From: Antechinus flavipes
Taxonomy: Eukaryota
Reading direction: 5' to 3'
Length of the DNA: 64,000 nt
Assembly (NCBI RefSeq): GCF_016432865.1
Contig: NC_067403.1
Location: 250,418,001 to 250,482,000, forward strand
The position numbers were made by a program, and so were the translations under genes. Of this stretch, positions 37,351 to 50,992 are shown in pieces. The notes beneath the pieces were generated by a model. The model searched no databases, had not been told where the DNA came from, and saw only the letters and a list, made by a program, of their open reading frames with translations. Positions within the stretch are counted from its first letter, which is position 1, and every line of letters starts with the position of its first letter.

Positions 37351-38079
37351 AAGTTCAAAGGTCCATACTTCTTTTCTTGTTTCCATTAAAAGTGAAATAC
37401 CCTCTGTGACTGGTGGCATTTTGTACATATAATAATTTGGGGCAATATAAGTGTCAGGTCTTTAAAATCTTGGTCCAACATGACTGATATAAGGAGAAAA
37501 TGAAAGGTCCATTTTCTTTCTCAAAACACTGATATAATTCTCTTTGCAATTTAATCAATCACCTTTTAAAGTTTGAATTTCTTCTAATGCTCATATCAAT
37601 TTTGCAATTCAGGACAACTTAGATAGATAGAAAAGAGAGGTGTGCAGTCACCTTGAGTGAAGAATGTCTGGGAGTGGGGTAAGGTTGGTATAGGAGCTAC
37701 AGAAGCAGCAGGAGAAACAGGAATACTCAGTATATAGGGATGGCAGAGCAATGAATACCCTAGTCAGAAAGAGATTTCACGAGATTCATATGTTGGCACT
37801 AGGTAGGATTTTGTGCCATTTAACACTCCTTGAACATATTACACAGTTCTGGGGGCACATTGTAATTGGGGGGCACAGAGATGCAGTCACAAAGCCAGAG
37901 AGCAGTGACCAGACCTCTCCTTGGATCACATTACCATGGAAGCACCAAAAAGGTCCCCAGATTGAGCTATAGAAGCTTAGATCAGCCATTCCCCTAGAAT
38001 TGAACAGAGCTTAAGCCTAACATTAAGTGTGGTGTCAAGTAATAGTCTGGAAAAGGAAGCATACAATCACTACCACCAC

Positions 38080-38950
38080 CACCACAAGTCTGATTAAAAA
38101 AAAAAACTTTTATAGTGACAGGAAAAAGATCAAAAGCTAAACAGATTTTTGAAAAGGAGATGAGATAAAGCAAAAGAAGAATGATTTGGGCAGAAGACAT
38201 AGAGGGAAATTTACAATTAACTGTGAATGGAATGAATTCACTCTTAAAACTGAAATAGAAAGAATAAAAATAAACAAGATAAGAGAACTCTCACTTTTGT
38301 GGATGATATGATGATATACTTAGAGAACCTAAGAGAATCAGCAACAACAATGACAAAACCTATTTGAGACAACAAACCTAACAAAATTTTTGGAAATAAA
38401 ATTGTTGAGTTGTGTCTGACTCTGTGTCCACATTTTGGGTTTTCTTGGCAGAGATACTGTAGTGATTTGCCATTTCTTTCTTTAGCAAATTTTATAGATG
38501 AGGAATTCTCCCTAATTTTAGGCCTGGAACTCTACCCACTATATCACCTAAATGTTCTATAAAATATAAAATAATAAACTCACACAGATGATCGTCATTT
38601 CTATATGTTAACAACAAATCCAGCAGAAAGAGAGAAATTCCATTTAAAATAATTGTAGGCCATGTAAAATACAAGGAAGTCTGCCAAGAAGCACACAGAA
38701 ATTATACGAATACAATTACAAAACACTTTTCACATGGATCATATCTAAAAAATTAGAAAAAATATTAATTTTTGTGGGTAGGCCATGCCAATATAATAAA
38801 AGTGATAATTCTACATAATAAATTTATTTACTTATTCAGCTCCATACCAATCAAACTATCAAAAAAATTACTTTACAGAGTTAAAAAAAAACCAAAATTC
38901 ATCTGGAAGAATGAAAAATCAGCTATATCAAGAAAATTAATTTGGGAAGA
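38080..38950 (+). mobile_element. Degraded L1 ORF2 (RT region) interrupted by an antisense MAR1 remnant (about 38405-38560)
   Basis: ttttgtggatgatatgatgatatacttagagaacc matches the FADDMxxYLENP RT motif region. Confidence 0.7.
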
Positions 38951-39249
38951 CACTACAGCCATTGTTCTTCCTCTGTGGTTGGGTTGAGAGGGTCATGACA
39001 TTACAAATATTGAGAAAGTTCATTTGAATATTCTGTCCACTATGAACCTCAGGCCATTTTCTGAAATAGATACAGAATCAATGAACTTTATATATAATAA
39101 AGTAAAATAGCTCATAGGAGTTTTCTGGGAAATATCTAATTTCATAGTTTATTTGTTCATGTTTCAGACACGAAACTAGATCTCAGGCAAATTAATGTAA
39201 TTTTAAATCCCCTCTACCCCAAGCTACTATGGTGATGAAAAAGATATGT

Positions 39250-40380
39250 CAAAAATGGTCTCTAATCTTATATTGATCCACCATTCCCCTTCTTACACAG
39301 TACCAGATTGTTTTGATAATTACTGTCTAGTAATTTGTCTAGACTATCTTCCTTTATGGTTTTATTTTATTTTTACTTCAGTTTCCTTGAGCTTTTGTTC
39401 TTCTAGATTAATTTTGTTATTTTTTTCAAGCTCTATCAAATAATTCTTGGTAGTTTTGTTGATATGGCACTGAATAAGAAAATTAGTTTAGGCAGAATGA
39501 TCATTTTTATTATATTGACTCTAGTTATCTATGAGCAATTGAAGTTTTACCCCCAGTTGTTCATAGATGATATTATTTGTGTGAAAAGTGTTTTGTAATT
39601 TAGACTCCCAAGTGTTTTATATTGTTTACAATTATTTTAAATATATTTTTTCTGCCTGTTATCTTATGTCTTAAAACTTTGCTGAAGCTGTTAATTATTT
39701 CAAGTAGTTTTTTAGTTGATTCTCTAAGATTCTCCAAATATACTCTCCAAATATATCATCTGCAGAGTGAGAGTTTTGTTTCCTCATTGCCAAGTTAAAG
39801 TCCCTTACTATTATAGCTTTAAAAAAAATTCCTTCTGTAATTCACTAAACTTTTCCTTTAAGAATTTGGACATTATGTCATTTGGTACATATATATTTAA
39901 TATTGATATTACTCAATTTACTATGATATTTTTTAGAAACATGCAGCTTCCCTCCATTTCTCTTTTATTTAAGTTTGTTCTTGCTTAATCTGTAATCACC
40001 ATTGTTCCCTTCTTCACTTCATCTGAAGCAGGACAGATTCTTCTCCCTTATTTTAATTGCGTGTCTCTTGCTTTCAAATGCTTTACTTGTAAACAACATA
40101 TTGTTGTATTTTAGTTTCTAATCCATTCTGTTGTCCCTTTTTTTGTGGGTGAAGTCATCCCATTCACATTCATAGTTACAATTTCTCTGCATTTCCTTCC
40201 ATCCTACTTTCTTCTGCTTATACTTCGTTCTCTTTATATCTTGTCCTTCCTCTCATCTGTTTTGATTCTGACTACTGCCTTTAAAAAAAAAAACCTGCCC
40301 TTCCTTTTTATTATCTCCCTCCTCTTTCTTTTTTCCCTTTACCTTCCTACTTTCCTGTTTAGCAAAAGAGACCTAAAAAA
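39250..40380 (-). mobile_element. Degraded L1 ORF2 and inter-ORF fragments, antisense
   Basis: ctctatcaaataattcttggtagttt..gatatggcactgaataag and gtgggtgaagtcatcccattcacattcatagtta antisense motifs. Confidence 0.65.
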
Positions 40381-42609
40381 GGAATGTTAAATAATAAAAA
40401 TTTTAAAAGTGAATTAGGAATTATGAATAAATGAATTAAACCTGTAAAAAGCATATTCATTGTGACATCCCATTATCCTGTGAAAATTAGTCTATCATAC
40501 TATTCACATCTTATTATTTGCATCTATTCCTCTGTTTGGACTCTTTGCCTGGAGAGCAAAGCCATGCTGCTTTTTTTTTCCCCTGGGGGCACCCAACACA
40601 GTCTTCTTTTAATTTTCTACAAGTTGCACTGTCTTTGCATTTTTCCTTTATCCCCTTGTGCTAAGTGCTGTTTCCCCTTCATCATCCCTTCTAATTTTTT
40701 TACACTTAACAGAATTCCTGACATACAAGAGGCATTCAGTAAATGTTTATTGACTATTGATTAAGATGCTTATGGACTGACAGACTCCCAATAGCCTATA
40801 CTTATGTGGCTGATATTTTAATAAGACTAAAGGGAGAACTTTTTTCATTGGATTGTTTATTAAAAAATGCCCTAATTATTCTCAAGGGATGGGTGAAAAA
40901 ATTCATAGCAACCCAGAGCATGATGATGTTGATCTTAAATACTCTGGTGATTTCACAGCACCTTCTACAAAGTACATTGGGCAATATATATCATCAAGTT
41001 ATAAAAAATCACCAAAATCTCCATAGTGATAGCAAGTTCAGAGGTTTAGACTTGAGTACCTTGACACATTTTTGAGTCTGCCCATCAGAATGGAATAAAT
41101 TGATAAGGAATGAGATAATATCCAGATTATGTTTAGAAATATAAGTAGATGGAGAACTGTGACAATGGCAACATATACTGGAAAGTATGCACATCAGAAC
41201 GAATAACTCAGGTATTTTCATTGTGATTGTGATTATTTTTCTTTGTGACATGACTATGCTCAGGTGCTTAATGAATGAAGTAATGACCATTGGGATGATT
41301 GTTCCATGATTCTTTTTTGTGTGTGTGAGAAGTGGTTTGGTCCAGTAGAGATAGTATGGTGGGCTGAAATTAAGTAACACCTTAATCTGAATTCTACTTC
41401 TGGCTTTTCTGAGCTGTATAATCTTTTCAGCTTTCCTCTAAGAATATGTTCATTCCTCCTGTGTGTATCAGTTGTACATGCTTATTTACTTGCTTTTTCC
41501 TCCCAGTTAACTCTAATTTCATGGAGGTCGGGGATTTCTTTACCTTTTTTTGCAATCCCATGCTTACCACAGTATCTGGGACATAATCGACACTTAATAA
41601 ATACTTGTCAGTTTACTGCAAGTTGACTATGCATAAGCTTTAACCTCTTTGAGCCATTACCATACCTGTAACGTGTGCATAACATTATCTTTGTAACAGC
41701 CTTGTTGAGGCTCATCAGAGATGATATAAAAACATACTTTGTGAATATCAAGAGTCCTAATGACTAATGAAAAAATGAGTCATAATTATTGTTCTGATAG
41801 TTATTAATTAACTGAAATTTGTACCACTGAACACAAGGAGAGCTGGGCAAGAATAACAATTCCTTATTGCATTTTGTTTATTTGTAGCATAGTCTTTATG
41901 ATGGTATACGCTAAAGAAAACTGGAAGACATAGGAACTCCATATCGATTCCAACTTTACATTTTTGTTTTCCCCATCATTTTCTGTGTAAATTATTTTGC
42001 TGCAAAAAAGATGAGTTGAACTTTTGAATAAATTCACTGGAGAGATGCTGAATTTGGAAGCAGAAGATAATTATTTAACTCTGGCTTTGTAATTTACAGA
42101 CTGGAAAAGTTAGAATCAATTATTATACGTCTCTGTTGTATAAATAAAGCACTTGGAAAATTGAACTTTAAACTTCCAGTTTTGAGTTTCTGCTCCTATG
42201 ATCATGTTTGAAAGAGATATTCAGTAGCGATGATGGACTTCACTGAGAGCCTCAGCAATTCCCCAGCTATTTTCAGATAAAGTGTATGATCTTCAGTCGC
42301 TCTTTCTGGCGGAAGCTACTTTTGAATGACTTGAAGTAGATGCTAGCTGGTAGATTTTCTAGGTTCTTCTGACTGGAAAATGGGTTAAGTATTTAAAACT
42401 CTGTTCCAGAATTATTGGATGCAGCTCTGCCTTCAGCTCATTTTGGCCTTAAAATATCTTGTAATTTTGCTTTAGTTTAGGTTAAACGGGACAAAATAGT
42501 TTTCAAGTTCTATCTAAAGTATTTTAATTCTTTCTCGTTTTCAACACATTTTTACTGCTACTCATTGGGTTATTTGTTTTTAGTTAAATTACAGCACTGC
42601 AGCAGGAGG

Positions 42610-43566
42610 ATGGGCAACTTGTCAGTCATCACAGAATTCTTCCTCATGGAGTTTTCCGGCACGCGTGAGTTGCAGGTCTTACACGCTGCGCTGTTCTTGC
42701 TGATTTACCTGGCAGCCCTCCTGGGGAATCTTCTCACCTGTGCTGCAATTATCACTGAGCCACACCTTCACTATCCTATGTATTTTTTCCTGAGTAATTT
42801 ATCCCTTGTGGATATTGGCAACATCTCCGTTACGCTTCCTAAATTCATTGTGAATTCTTTGTGTGGCGTTCAGTCCCTATCCCTCCTGGGCTGTGCTGCC
42901 CAGATGTTCTTTTTTCTCTTTTTTGTAGCCACAGAGTTTGCTTTGCTGGTGGCCATGTCCTATGACCGCTTCGTGGCCATCTGCCAGCCCCTCCACTACA
43001 GCATCATCATGACTCCAGCACGTTGTCTCTGGACAGCAGCTGGCTCGTGGCTCAGTGGGCTTCTTTATTCAGCTGTACACACAGGGAACATGTTCCGCCT
43101 TCCCTTCTCAGGCTCCAATGTGATCCACCAGTTTTTCTGTGATGTCCCTCATCTTTTGCTAGTCTCAGCCTCTGATGTGTTTAATACTGAGTTTGTATTA
43201 ATTGTGGCAAGTTCGTGTCTTTTGCTTTTCTGCTTTGCCTTTTTAATTGCATCCTATGCTCGCATCTTCTCCAGTGTGCTCAAGATTCCTTCTGTGGAAG
43301 GACGCTACAAGGCCATTTCAACCTGTTCCCCTCAGTTAATGATTCTCATCTTATTTCTTGTGTCTGGAATGATTGCTGTCCTCAGGGATGCATCAGACAC
43401 ATCACCTGTCCAAAACCTTTTAGTTACAATGGCTTATACCACATTACCTCCCCTGCTGAACCCTCTCATCTATAGCCTGAGGAACCAGAAGGTCACAGCT
43501 GCCATGGGCAAGATGATCAAAAGGATAGTTTTTCCCTACACTTCCTTGAAAATATTAAAAAATTGA
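42610..43566 (+). CDS. Olfactory receptor (OR14-like), intact, 318 aa (OR-3)
   Basis: True ATG at 42610 (MGNLS); the ORF track extends it to an upstream TTG. Motifs LHYPMYFFLSNLS, MSYDRFVAIC, KAISTC, PPLLNPLIYSLRN. Confidence 0.96.
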   Translation: MGNLSVITEFFLMEFSGTRELQVLHAALFLLIYLAALLGNLLTCAAIITEPHLHYPMYFFLSNLSLVDIGNISVTLPKFIVNSLCGVQSLSLLGCAAQMFFFLFFVATEFALLVAMSYDRFVAICQPLHYSIIMTPARCLWTAAGSWLSGLLYSAVHTGNMFRLPFSGSNVIHQFFCDVPHLLLVSASDVFNTEFVLIVASSCLLLFCFAFLIASYARIFSSVLKIPSVEGRYKAISTCSPQLMILILFLVSGMIAVLRDASDTSPVQNLLVTMAYTTLPPLLNPLIYSLRNQKVTAAMGKMIKRIVFPYTSLKILKN

Positions 43567-44193
43567 AAAGCATACATTTAGGTTGTCAAATGTGCGAGGT
43601 GATACATTACGTAATTTAGAAAAGACACCAGAAAACAGCATCATCTAGGAAAATGCCTCATTAGGGGAAATATTACATTGGGCAGAATGAATCATTTATT
43701 TTAGCATAACTTGAACCAACTTATAAATGATTATTAGCTATAGTGGAATAATCATGACACTAACCCATTGTCCCACTCAATGGCAACATCGCCCTCAGAG
43801 GAATGGATGGAACACTCATGGATCCTCTGAGGGACCAGTAGATTAGCTTAACCAAAAGCAGCCATCAAGATGGTTGTGTTGCTTCTACTCTTGATATGAA
43901 TCTTGTCTTGTCACTTCCATGTTTCCCTTTATCTTTATGATGATAATGATCTTCTCCTTCTTTGCATGTTGAAGATGTATTCTTCATTCTAAATAAATAT
44001 AGCCAGATAGGCACACATATACACTCATGTAAAATGCATGTGTACATAAGCACATACATTTGCATACACATGTATGCATGCTCTAGTTTTGTGGGTGGGA
44101 ATTTAAACTTTTTGTTCCTTAATTTGCTCATTTGTAACATGATATTGTTGGCTTGATGATCTCTATATTGCCTCCATCTAAAGTTTTTAATTA

Positions 44194-45009
44194 TTGGGAC
44201 ACTAATGCATTGTTGGTGGAATTGTGAATACATCCAACCATTCTGGAGAGCGATTTGGAACTGTGCTCAAAAAGTTATCAAACTGTGCATCCCCTTTGAT
44301 CCAGCAGTGTTACTATTGGGATTATATCCCAAAGAGATTTTAAAGAAAGGAAAGGGACCCGTATGTGCCAAAATGTTTGTGGCAGTCCTTTTTATAGTGG
44401 CCAGAAACTGGAAACAGAGTGGATGCCCATCAATTGGAGAATGGCTGAATAAATTGTGGTATATGAATATTATGGAATATTACTGTTCTATAAGAAATGA
44501 CCAGCGGGATGATTTCAGAAAGGCCTGGAGAGACTTGCATGAACTGATGCTGAGTGCAATGAGCAGCACCAGGAGATCATTATATACTTCCACAACAATA
44601 CTATATGATGATCAATTCTGATGGACATGGTCATCTCCAGCAATGAGATGAACCAAATTAATTCCAATAGAGCAGTAATGAAAGAAACCAGCTATACCCA
44701 GTGAAAGAACTCTGGGAGATGACTGTGAACCACTACATAGAATTCCCAATCCCTCTATTTTTGTCTGCCTGCATTTTTGATTTCCTTCACAGGCTAATTG
44801 TACACTATTTCAAAGTCCAACTCTTTTTGTACAGCAAAATAACTGTATGGGCATGTATACATATATTGTATTGAACTTATGTTTTAACATATTTTACATG
44901 TATTGGTCAACCTGCCATCAAGGGGAGAGGGTGGGGGAAAGGAGGGGAAAAATTGGAACAAAAGGTTTTGCAATTATTAATGCTGAAAAATTACCCAAGC
45001 ATATATCTT
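44194..45009 (+). mobile_element. 5'-truncated, relatively young L1 (ORF2 C-terminus and 3' UTR), copy 1
   Basis: ORF 44205-44621 (HCWWNC...CPSIGEWLNKLWYMNIMEYY) is L1 ORF2p C-terminal sequence, followed by a G-rich 3' UTR. Confidence 0.9.
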
Positions 45010-45815
45010 TTTTTCATAATCACAAATATAAAAACTCTATGAAATTGCTTATCATCTCAGGGAGATGTTATGGATGGGAGGGAGGAAGAGAACTGGGAAC
45101 TCCTAGCTCTCTGGGAAAGGCAAAGTTAGATGATATAATTGGAACTACAAGTAGTGGCAGAGTTAAATGTATTAATACTTTTAAAAATTTGGATTGTTTT
45201 ATTAATTTATAAAATGAGATACTAATGAGATGTTGTTATTCAGTCATTTTCCAATATGATCATATGAAAAGAATTTCTAGATCATGATTAGAGAAATGAA
45301 ATTAAAACCCCCAAACTCTGAGGAACCATATCATGTTTACATGCTAGAAAGGCAAAGTTACAAATGCAGGAAGGGATATGGAAAAATAGAGATACTAATG
45401 TACTATTGGTTGAGTTGTAAACTGGTTACACCATTCTAGGAAATAATTTGGAGATATCCTTAATGATCTCTATAACTGTGCATAATATCAATTTCCACTT
45501 ATAGTGGCACTTTATAAAGAAATCAAAGCAAAAAGGAAAGGACTGATATATACAAAAATATTTACAGTAGTTGTTTTTGTGATGGCAAAGAATTAGATAT
45601 TGAAGGAATGCCCATCAATTGAGAAATGGCTGAATTATTTGCCCCATATATAGATTTTGATGCAATACTATTGTTCTTCAAGATAAGATTAAAAGGATGG
45701 ATTTAGGGCAAAAAACTCGTGTCGTAACTTAAATGATGGATGTAGAGTAAACTGAGCAGAATCAGAAAACAGGAATTTAAAAAAATTACTTATTTATTTT
45801 TAACATTTAAATTAT

Positions 45816-46721
45816 TGTGCCACAATTCTCTTTTATTGTCCTGTCTCAGGTTCCCTAATTATTCTGCCTCAGTTTCCCTAAATTGTTCTGCCTCATTTTC
45901 CTTAACTTTTCTGCCTCTGTGATGACCGCGTTAGCATCCTGGATACCTTAAATCAACTGGAGTCAGAATAAGCAAAAGTCCTTGATCTTTATTCTTGGTC
46001 TTTAGAAGTAGGATTGAATTGGATGGAAACAGAATCTCCCCGACCTTCCTTCTTTGTCTCCCGCCCAGAAGTGACCATGGCTAATCTAACTCCACCCGCT
46101 AGTCCCTCCTACCATTCTCTGTATACACCAATTATCGGCCAGCACAGAATGGTGGGAAGGGCCATTTTCCAAGCATATGCTTATAGAATATTGTCCAATT
46201 GTAATTAGCCATAAGTGCTCAATTGTCTGACCTCAGTGCATCAATTCAAGAATTTCAGCCTTTTACATGCCTCAATCCCCTTAGTTGCAAAACCCACCCT
46301 GGTTCATTAAGTTTGAGGACCATTTGCTCTAAGGTTATAAATTGTCAATGTGAGATTCAAGATAAGGGAAAGTTCAGACTTCCTGGCTCTGAACTCCTTC
46401 CATCCTCAAGAATTTATGGCCCTACCCCCTACCCTATCATTGTTCTTCTTTATCCCAATTTATCAGAATGTCTGGTATCTCCCATCACCCTGTCAGAACC
46501 AGGTTGATAGTCCGTTCCCACTCTCTATGTTCTGACTCCGCCCCTGCCTTTGTCTACCTCTGTAGCTGAGCTGTATGTGTATATATGTCATTGAGAACTC
46601 ACATTCACCACTGGATACTTTGAGACAAGACTCCCGTCCAGTCAATCAGTTAAACTCTCCAATTAATAAAATATGAAAAACTCTCTAATCTCTATCTTGC
46701 CTCAGTTTCTCCAGCATTACA
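45816..46721 (+). mobile_element. ERV solo LTR (host of a nested LTR); 5' boundary uncertain
   Basis: AATAAA near 46665 and a U5-like end ...cttgcctcagtttctccagcattaca. Interrupts an antisense L1 tail. Confidence 0.65.
45918..46267 (-). mobile_element. Nested ERV solo LTR, 350 bp, 6-bp TSD
   Basis: TGT...ACA termini with TGCCTC on both sides (45912-45917 and 46268-46273). Strand inferred from tttatt near the left end. Confidence 0.8.
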
Positions 46722-47280
46722 AAATAATAGAGTTCTAGCTCATCTTTCTCACTGCAGCCCTTCCCTTGGCCAATGGAAATGCTAACAATATGATATCAAT
46801 GTGAAATCATGCAAGAAATAGATCCATATTACCATTTCTCAAAAAGGAAGAAAAATAAGAAAGTGATAACAATTTATTTCAATTTGCACTTAAGAAATCA
46901 TAATTTATTTCTTTGGAGGTAGACAGCATGATATCATGAGTTCATTTAAAATCATCTTGGATCATTTCATTGATGAAAGTAATGTCTTTCACAATTATCA
47001 TTGAATATTGTTTTTACTATGGACACTCATTCTATGATTTAGCTGACTTCACTTTGGAACACTTCATAGAAGTTTTTCCATGGTTTTCTGAAACCATTCC
47101 CTTCATCATTTCTCTTAGCACCCTAGTTCTCCATCGCACTCATATGCATAGCTTGTTGTCATTCCTCAAATGATGGGCATCCCTCAATTTCCAATTCTTT
47201 ACCAGAATAAAAAGGCATCTAAAATATTTTTGTACACATAAGTCCTTCTCCTTTTCCTTTGATCTCTTTGGTGTACATAC
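46722..47280 (-). mobile_element. Old L1 3' UTR, antisense (paralog at about 54922-55390)
   Basis: ttgatgggcatcccctcaatttccaattcttt motif. Confidence 0.7.
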
Positions 47281-50200
47281 CTAAAAAAGGAATGTTTAAT
47301 ACAATTTTAAAAGTAAATTGGGAATTATGAATAAAGGAATTAAACATTTTAAAATAATTCTTATGAAATCAAGTTATCCTGTGAGATTGACTTAACTATA
47401 CTAGTCACATCTTGTTATTAGTCTCTACTCCTTTAATTGGAGGGCAAAATCATGACCTGTAAAAGTTGCCAATAATGGGGCAATCCAACACAGTCTTTTC
47501 AGTTCCTACTAGATATATTGTCTTTGCACTTCTCCTTCATACCCTTGTTCTACGTTCTGTCCACCTTCCTTCCTCCCCCAATTTCCTTCACACTTAACAG
47601 TGTACCTGGCATATAATAGGCATTCAATAAATATTCATTGACTATTGGCTAAGACCTTCATGGGCTGAGACACTCCCAGTAGCCTATATTTTATGACTGA
47701 TATTTTAATAAGGCTAAAGGGAGAAGGTTTTTCATTTTGTTGCTTAAAATAGATTCTATTTTATTTAATTATTCTCACGAGATGGGTCAGATAATCCTTA
47801 GTATACCAGAATATGATGATGTTTTCATTGAATACTCTGGTGATTTCTCAGCACCTTCTCTAAAAGACAATAGGCAATCAATATATTCCACCAAGTTCTA
47901 CAACTTATGAATCATCAAAATCTCCACAATGCTTGCATGTTAACAGATTTAGAGTTGAACACCTTGCCATGTTTTTGACTTTTCAAATGCGAGTAGAATG
48001 AATTAGTGAGGGAAGTGATGTTTTTGAGATTATTTTTAGAAATATAGGCAAACAATCCAATGTCAATGGCAATATTTCCTGTAACATATGCACATCAGAA
48101 CAATTAACACAGGTATTGTCTATTTTATGGTGGTTATAATTATTTTTCTTTGGACTAATTTGTTTCCTCAGTGCTTAGTGTATGAACTTAAAATCATGGA
48201 GATGATCTCTGAATGATTCTTTTGTGTACAAGTCATTTTGATATCACAGTGTGGATTGTATGTTGGGTTGGAATTAAGACCTTAGCCTAAATTCTGTTTC
48301 TGACTCTTCTGATCTGTGTAATCTTTTTGACTTTTCTTTGAGATATACTTCTATGTATCAGTTATACTAATCTACTAATACTAGTCTCTGGGACATAGTA
48401 GGCACTTCATAAGTGCTTATTAAATTATTGTAACTTGTCTATGCTTAAGCCTCAGACTCTCTGAGGCTTGCATTGCTGCATTGCTGTAACATGTGCACAG
48501 TATTATCTTTGTAGCTCACAGAATCATGTTGAATCTCATCACAGATGATAGCTATCTATGTAAAGCATCCTTTGTGAATATCAAAAGTCCCATGAAGATA
48601 TGTTATAATTATCATTCTTATCTATGCTCATAGACCCCAGTCCTACCTTCTATTTTCTGCAAAATTGTAATACTGATCACAAGGAGTGTTGGGCAAGAGG
48701 GACAATTTCTTGCTGCACTTTATCGGTAGCTTAATCTTTATGATAGAGTACTCCAAAAATGACTGGAGCACTGTATTACTGTGTCAATTCTAACCACCTC
48801 TCTGCTTCCTCCATCTTCTCATCTTTAACTTAATTTTTGTTGATGAAAAGATTGTACTTTTGAATAAATCCACTGGAGTGAGTGCTTAATCTGGAAGTAA
48901 AAGGCAGTTATTCAATCTTGAGTTTTTTATTTAAAATTTGGAAACAGAGTCAATCACTGAATGTCTCTTTTTTTCCCTTTGTAAATAAAGTACTTGAATA
49001 ATTGATCTCTAAGCTTCCTTCTACTTTTGAGTTTTGGCTTCTGTGATCATGTTTGAAAAAGACATTCAGATAAAGAGGATCTCAGCAATCCGTGGCTCTT
49101 TTCAGTGGAGGCCGCTTTTGAATGACTTGAAGCAGATGTTAGCTAGTAGATCTCCTAGTTTCTTTTAATTGGAAAATGAACATTTATGTATGTAGGAAAT
49201 AAAGCAAACATTGCTCATTTGTCAGTGAAAAATTAAAAGTAGGAGACTGATGCTATAAACTGGAATCATCTACATTTGTATTGTATCATATTATTTTCTG
49301 AGAATTGTAGGGCTCTAACATCTTTCTCAATGTTGGCTATAGAGGGGTAAAGAAAAACCTGGAGTACAACAACACATATTTATGTTCATATATATATATG
49401 TATATATATATAATATATATACACATGTAGTAGAAGGTAAGATTATGGTAAGTCATTAAGGGCACTGAACTTTGGCAATGCCTTTCAAATATTTGAATTA
49501 TGAGACTAAATGATAGGCTAGTTGGAAGGTTGGAGAATTAATTCTAATGTTGATATGGCAATTCAGTTTTGTGGAAAGTTGGAAAAGACACTGAGGTTTA
49601 GAAGAATATTTCTAAGTGGAAGGAAGATACAGATCTGTGTATCTATGTATTTATACGGTTATCCATCATCCATCCATCTATCCATTTATCCATCCATCTT
49701 TTCATCTATCTATTAATCACTGTTCATCATCTCACCATGTCTATATTGATCATCTCTATATATACATATATGAGTGTATATACACTATGTCATCTACATA
49801 AAAATACATACAATATATATTTATATATGTATAGCACATGTGTTTATATAGATACATACGTATATGTATTACTACATATACCTCCCACATTATTCTCTAT
49901 GACTGTTTATGTCATTTATCTATATACTCATATATTTCTCTATCATCTATCTCAAAACATGTATTTGTTTATCAATATATCTATTTCTGTCTCTACTTCC
50001 TATCTCTCTCTCTATCACTATCATCTCCATTTCTACCTGTACCTCTATCTCTGTCTTGCCCATTTATATTAGCAGGCATAGTTTTCTCTTCAGCATGTCC
50101 CTGTAGAAATAAAATCACAGCACCATTCCTAATTCTTTTTCAGTCATTTTTTCAAAGCTGTATTACCTATCGCTAATATATGATATAATATAATCCCATA

Positions 50201-50992
50201 ATTAGCCATTAATTCATCCATATAATAGTTGACCTGGATAAATAGATTCCTTTCACATAATAAGAAATAGTAGGCAGAGATTACAGCAATCATAAAAGTT
50301 GACTTTGGTAGGGGCAATGCAGATTATATTGTTCAAAGCACTAATTAATAGATGCTCGACCTAATGCCAAAAGGAAGAGATGAAAGGGAACATTAAGGGT
50401 GAAATGGCTAGGAAGGGGTAAAAATCAATTCTAAAAATCAGATCTCTTGAATTCCCACTTCCATCATCTGCGCATTAAACCAGATGAAAGAGCATCCTAG
50501 TCTATTTTTTTTTTCTGATTTGGGGAAAGATGCCTTTCTGGAAAAACGATGAACCTTATCCAGTTTATTTACAGAGAAGATACTCATTGAGTGATGATAA
50601 AAGGGAATTTATTGATGGGGATTTTTACCCTGAAGAACAAAAAAGGTTTCTGCCACACATTCAAGTTTGGGGGCAGAAATGTTGCTTTTCTAAAAGCAAA
50701 GTGATAATTGTGGACAGTCTTAGCAAGAAGGAGGAGTACATTGGAATAGTAAAGTGTTGATCAATTGTTTACTTTTAAATTCGGAATTAGAGATTTTGAA
50801 ATACCTGGAAAGTGCTTAAAGGAGTAGACCCCAGAGATGAATTTAGCAAAGAAAACAAATAAAAATATGAAGAATATTTTTGAAGTGATGACATTTCCAC
50901 TCTTTCACATTCTTTTTAGTTTAAGCCTGTGATATAAATCTTAAATATATATATATATGTATGTAGTATTTTGAATATGGGAGAAAGTAGTT

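Noticed and set aside
42565-42609. N-terminal extension MGYLFLVKLQH... of OR-3 (also at 51993 and 60215)
   Set aside because: It starts at TTG in a splice-acceptor-like region. The OR-typical start is the ATG just before the N-glycosylation site.
44205-44621. 138/139-aa duplicated ORFs as a host gene
   Set aside because: They are the L1 ORF2p C-terminus of a 5'-truncated insertion.
49522-50176. ORFs over microsatellite or low-complexity tracts (also 7663, 18320, 19844, 57702, 62345-62741)
   Set aside because: These frames stay open because simple repeats lack stop codons.
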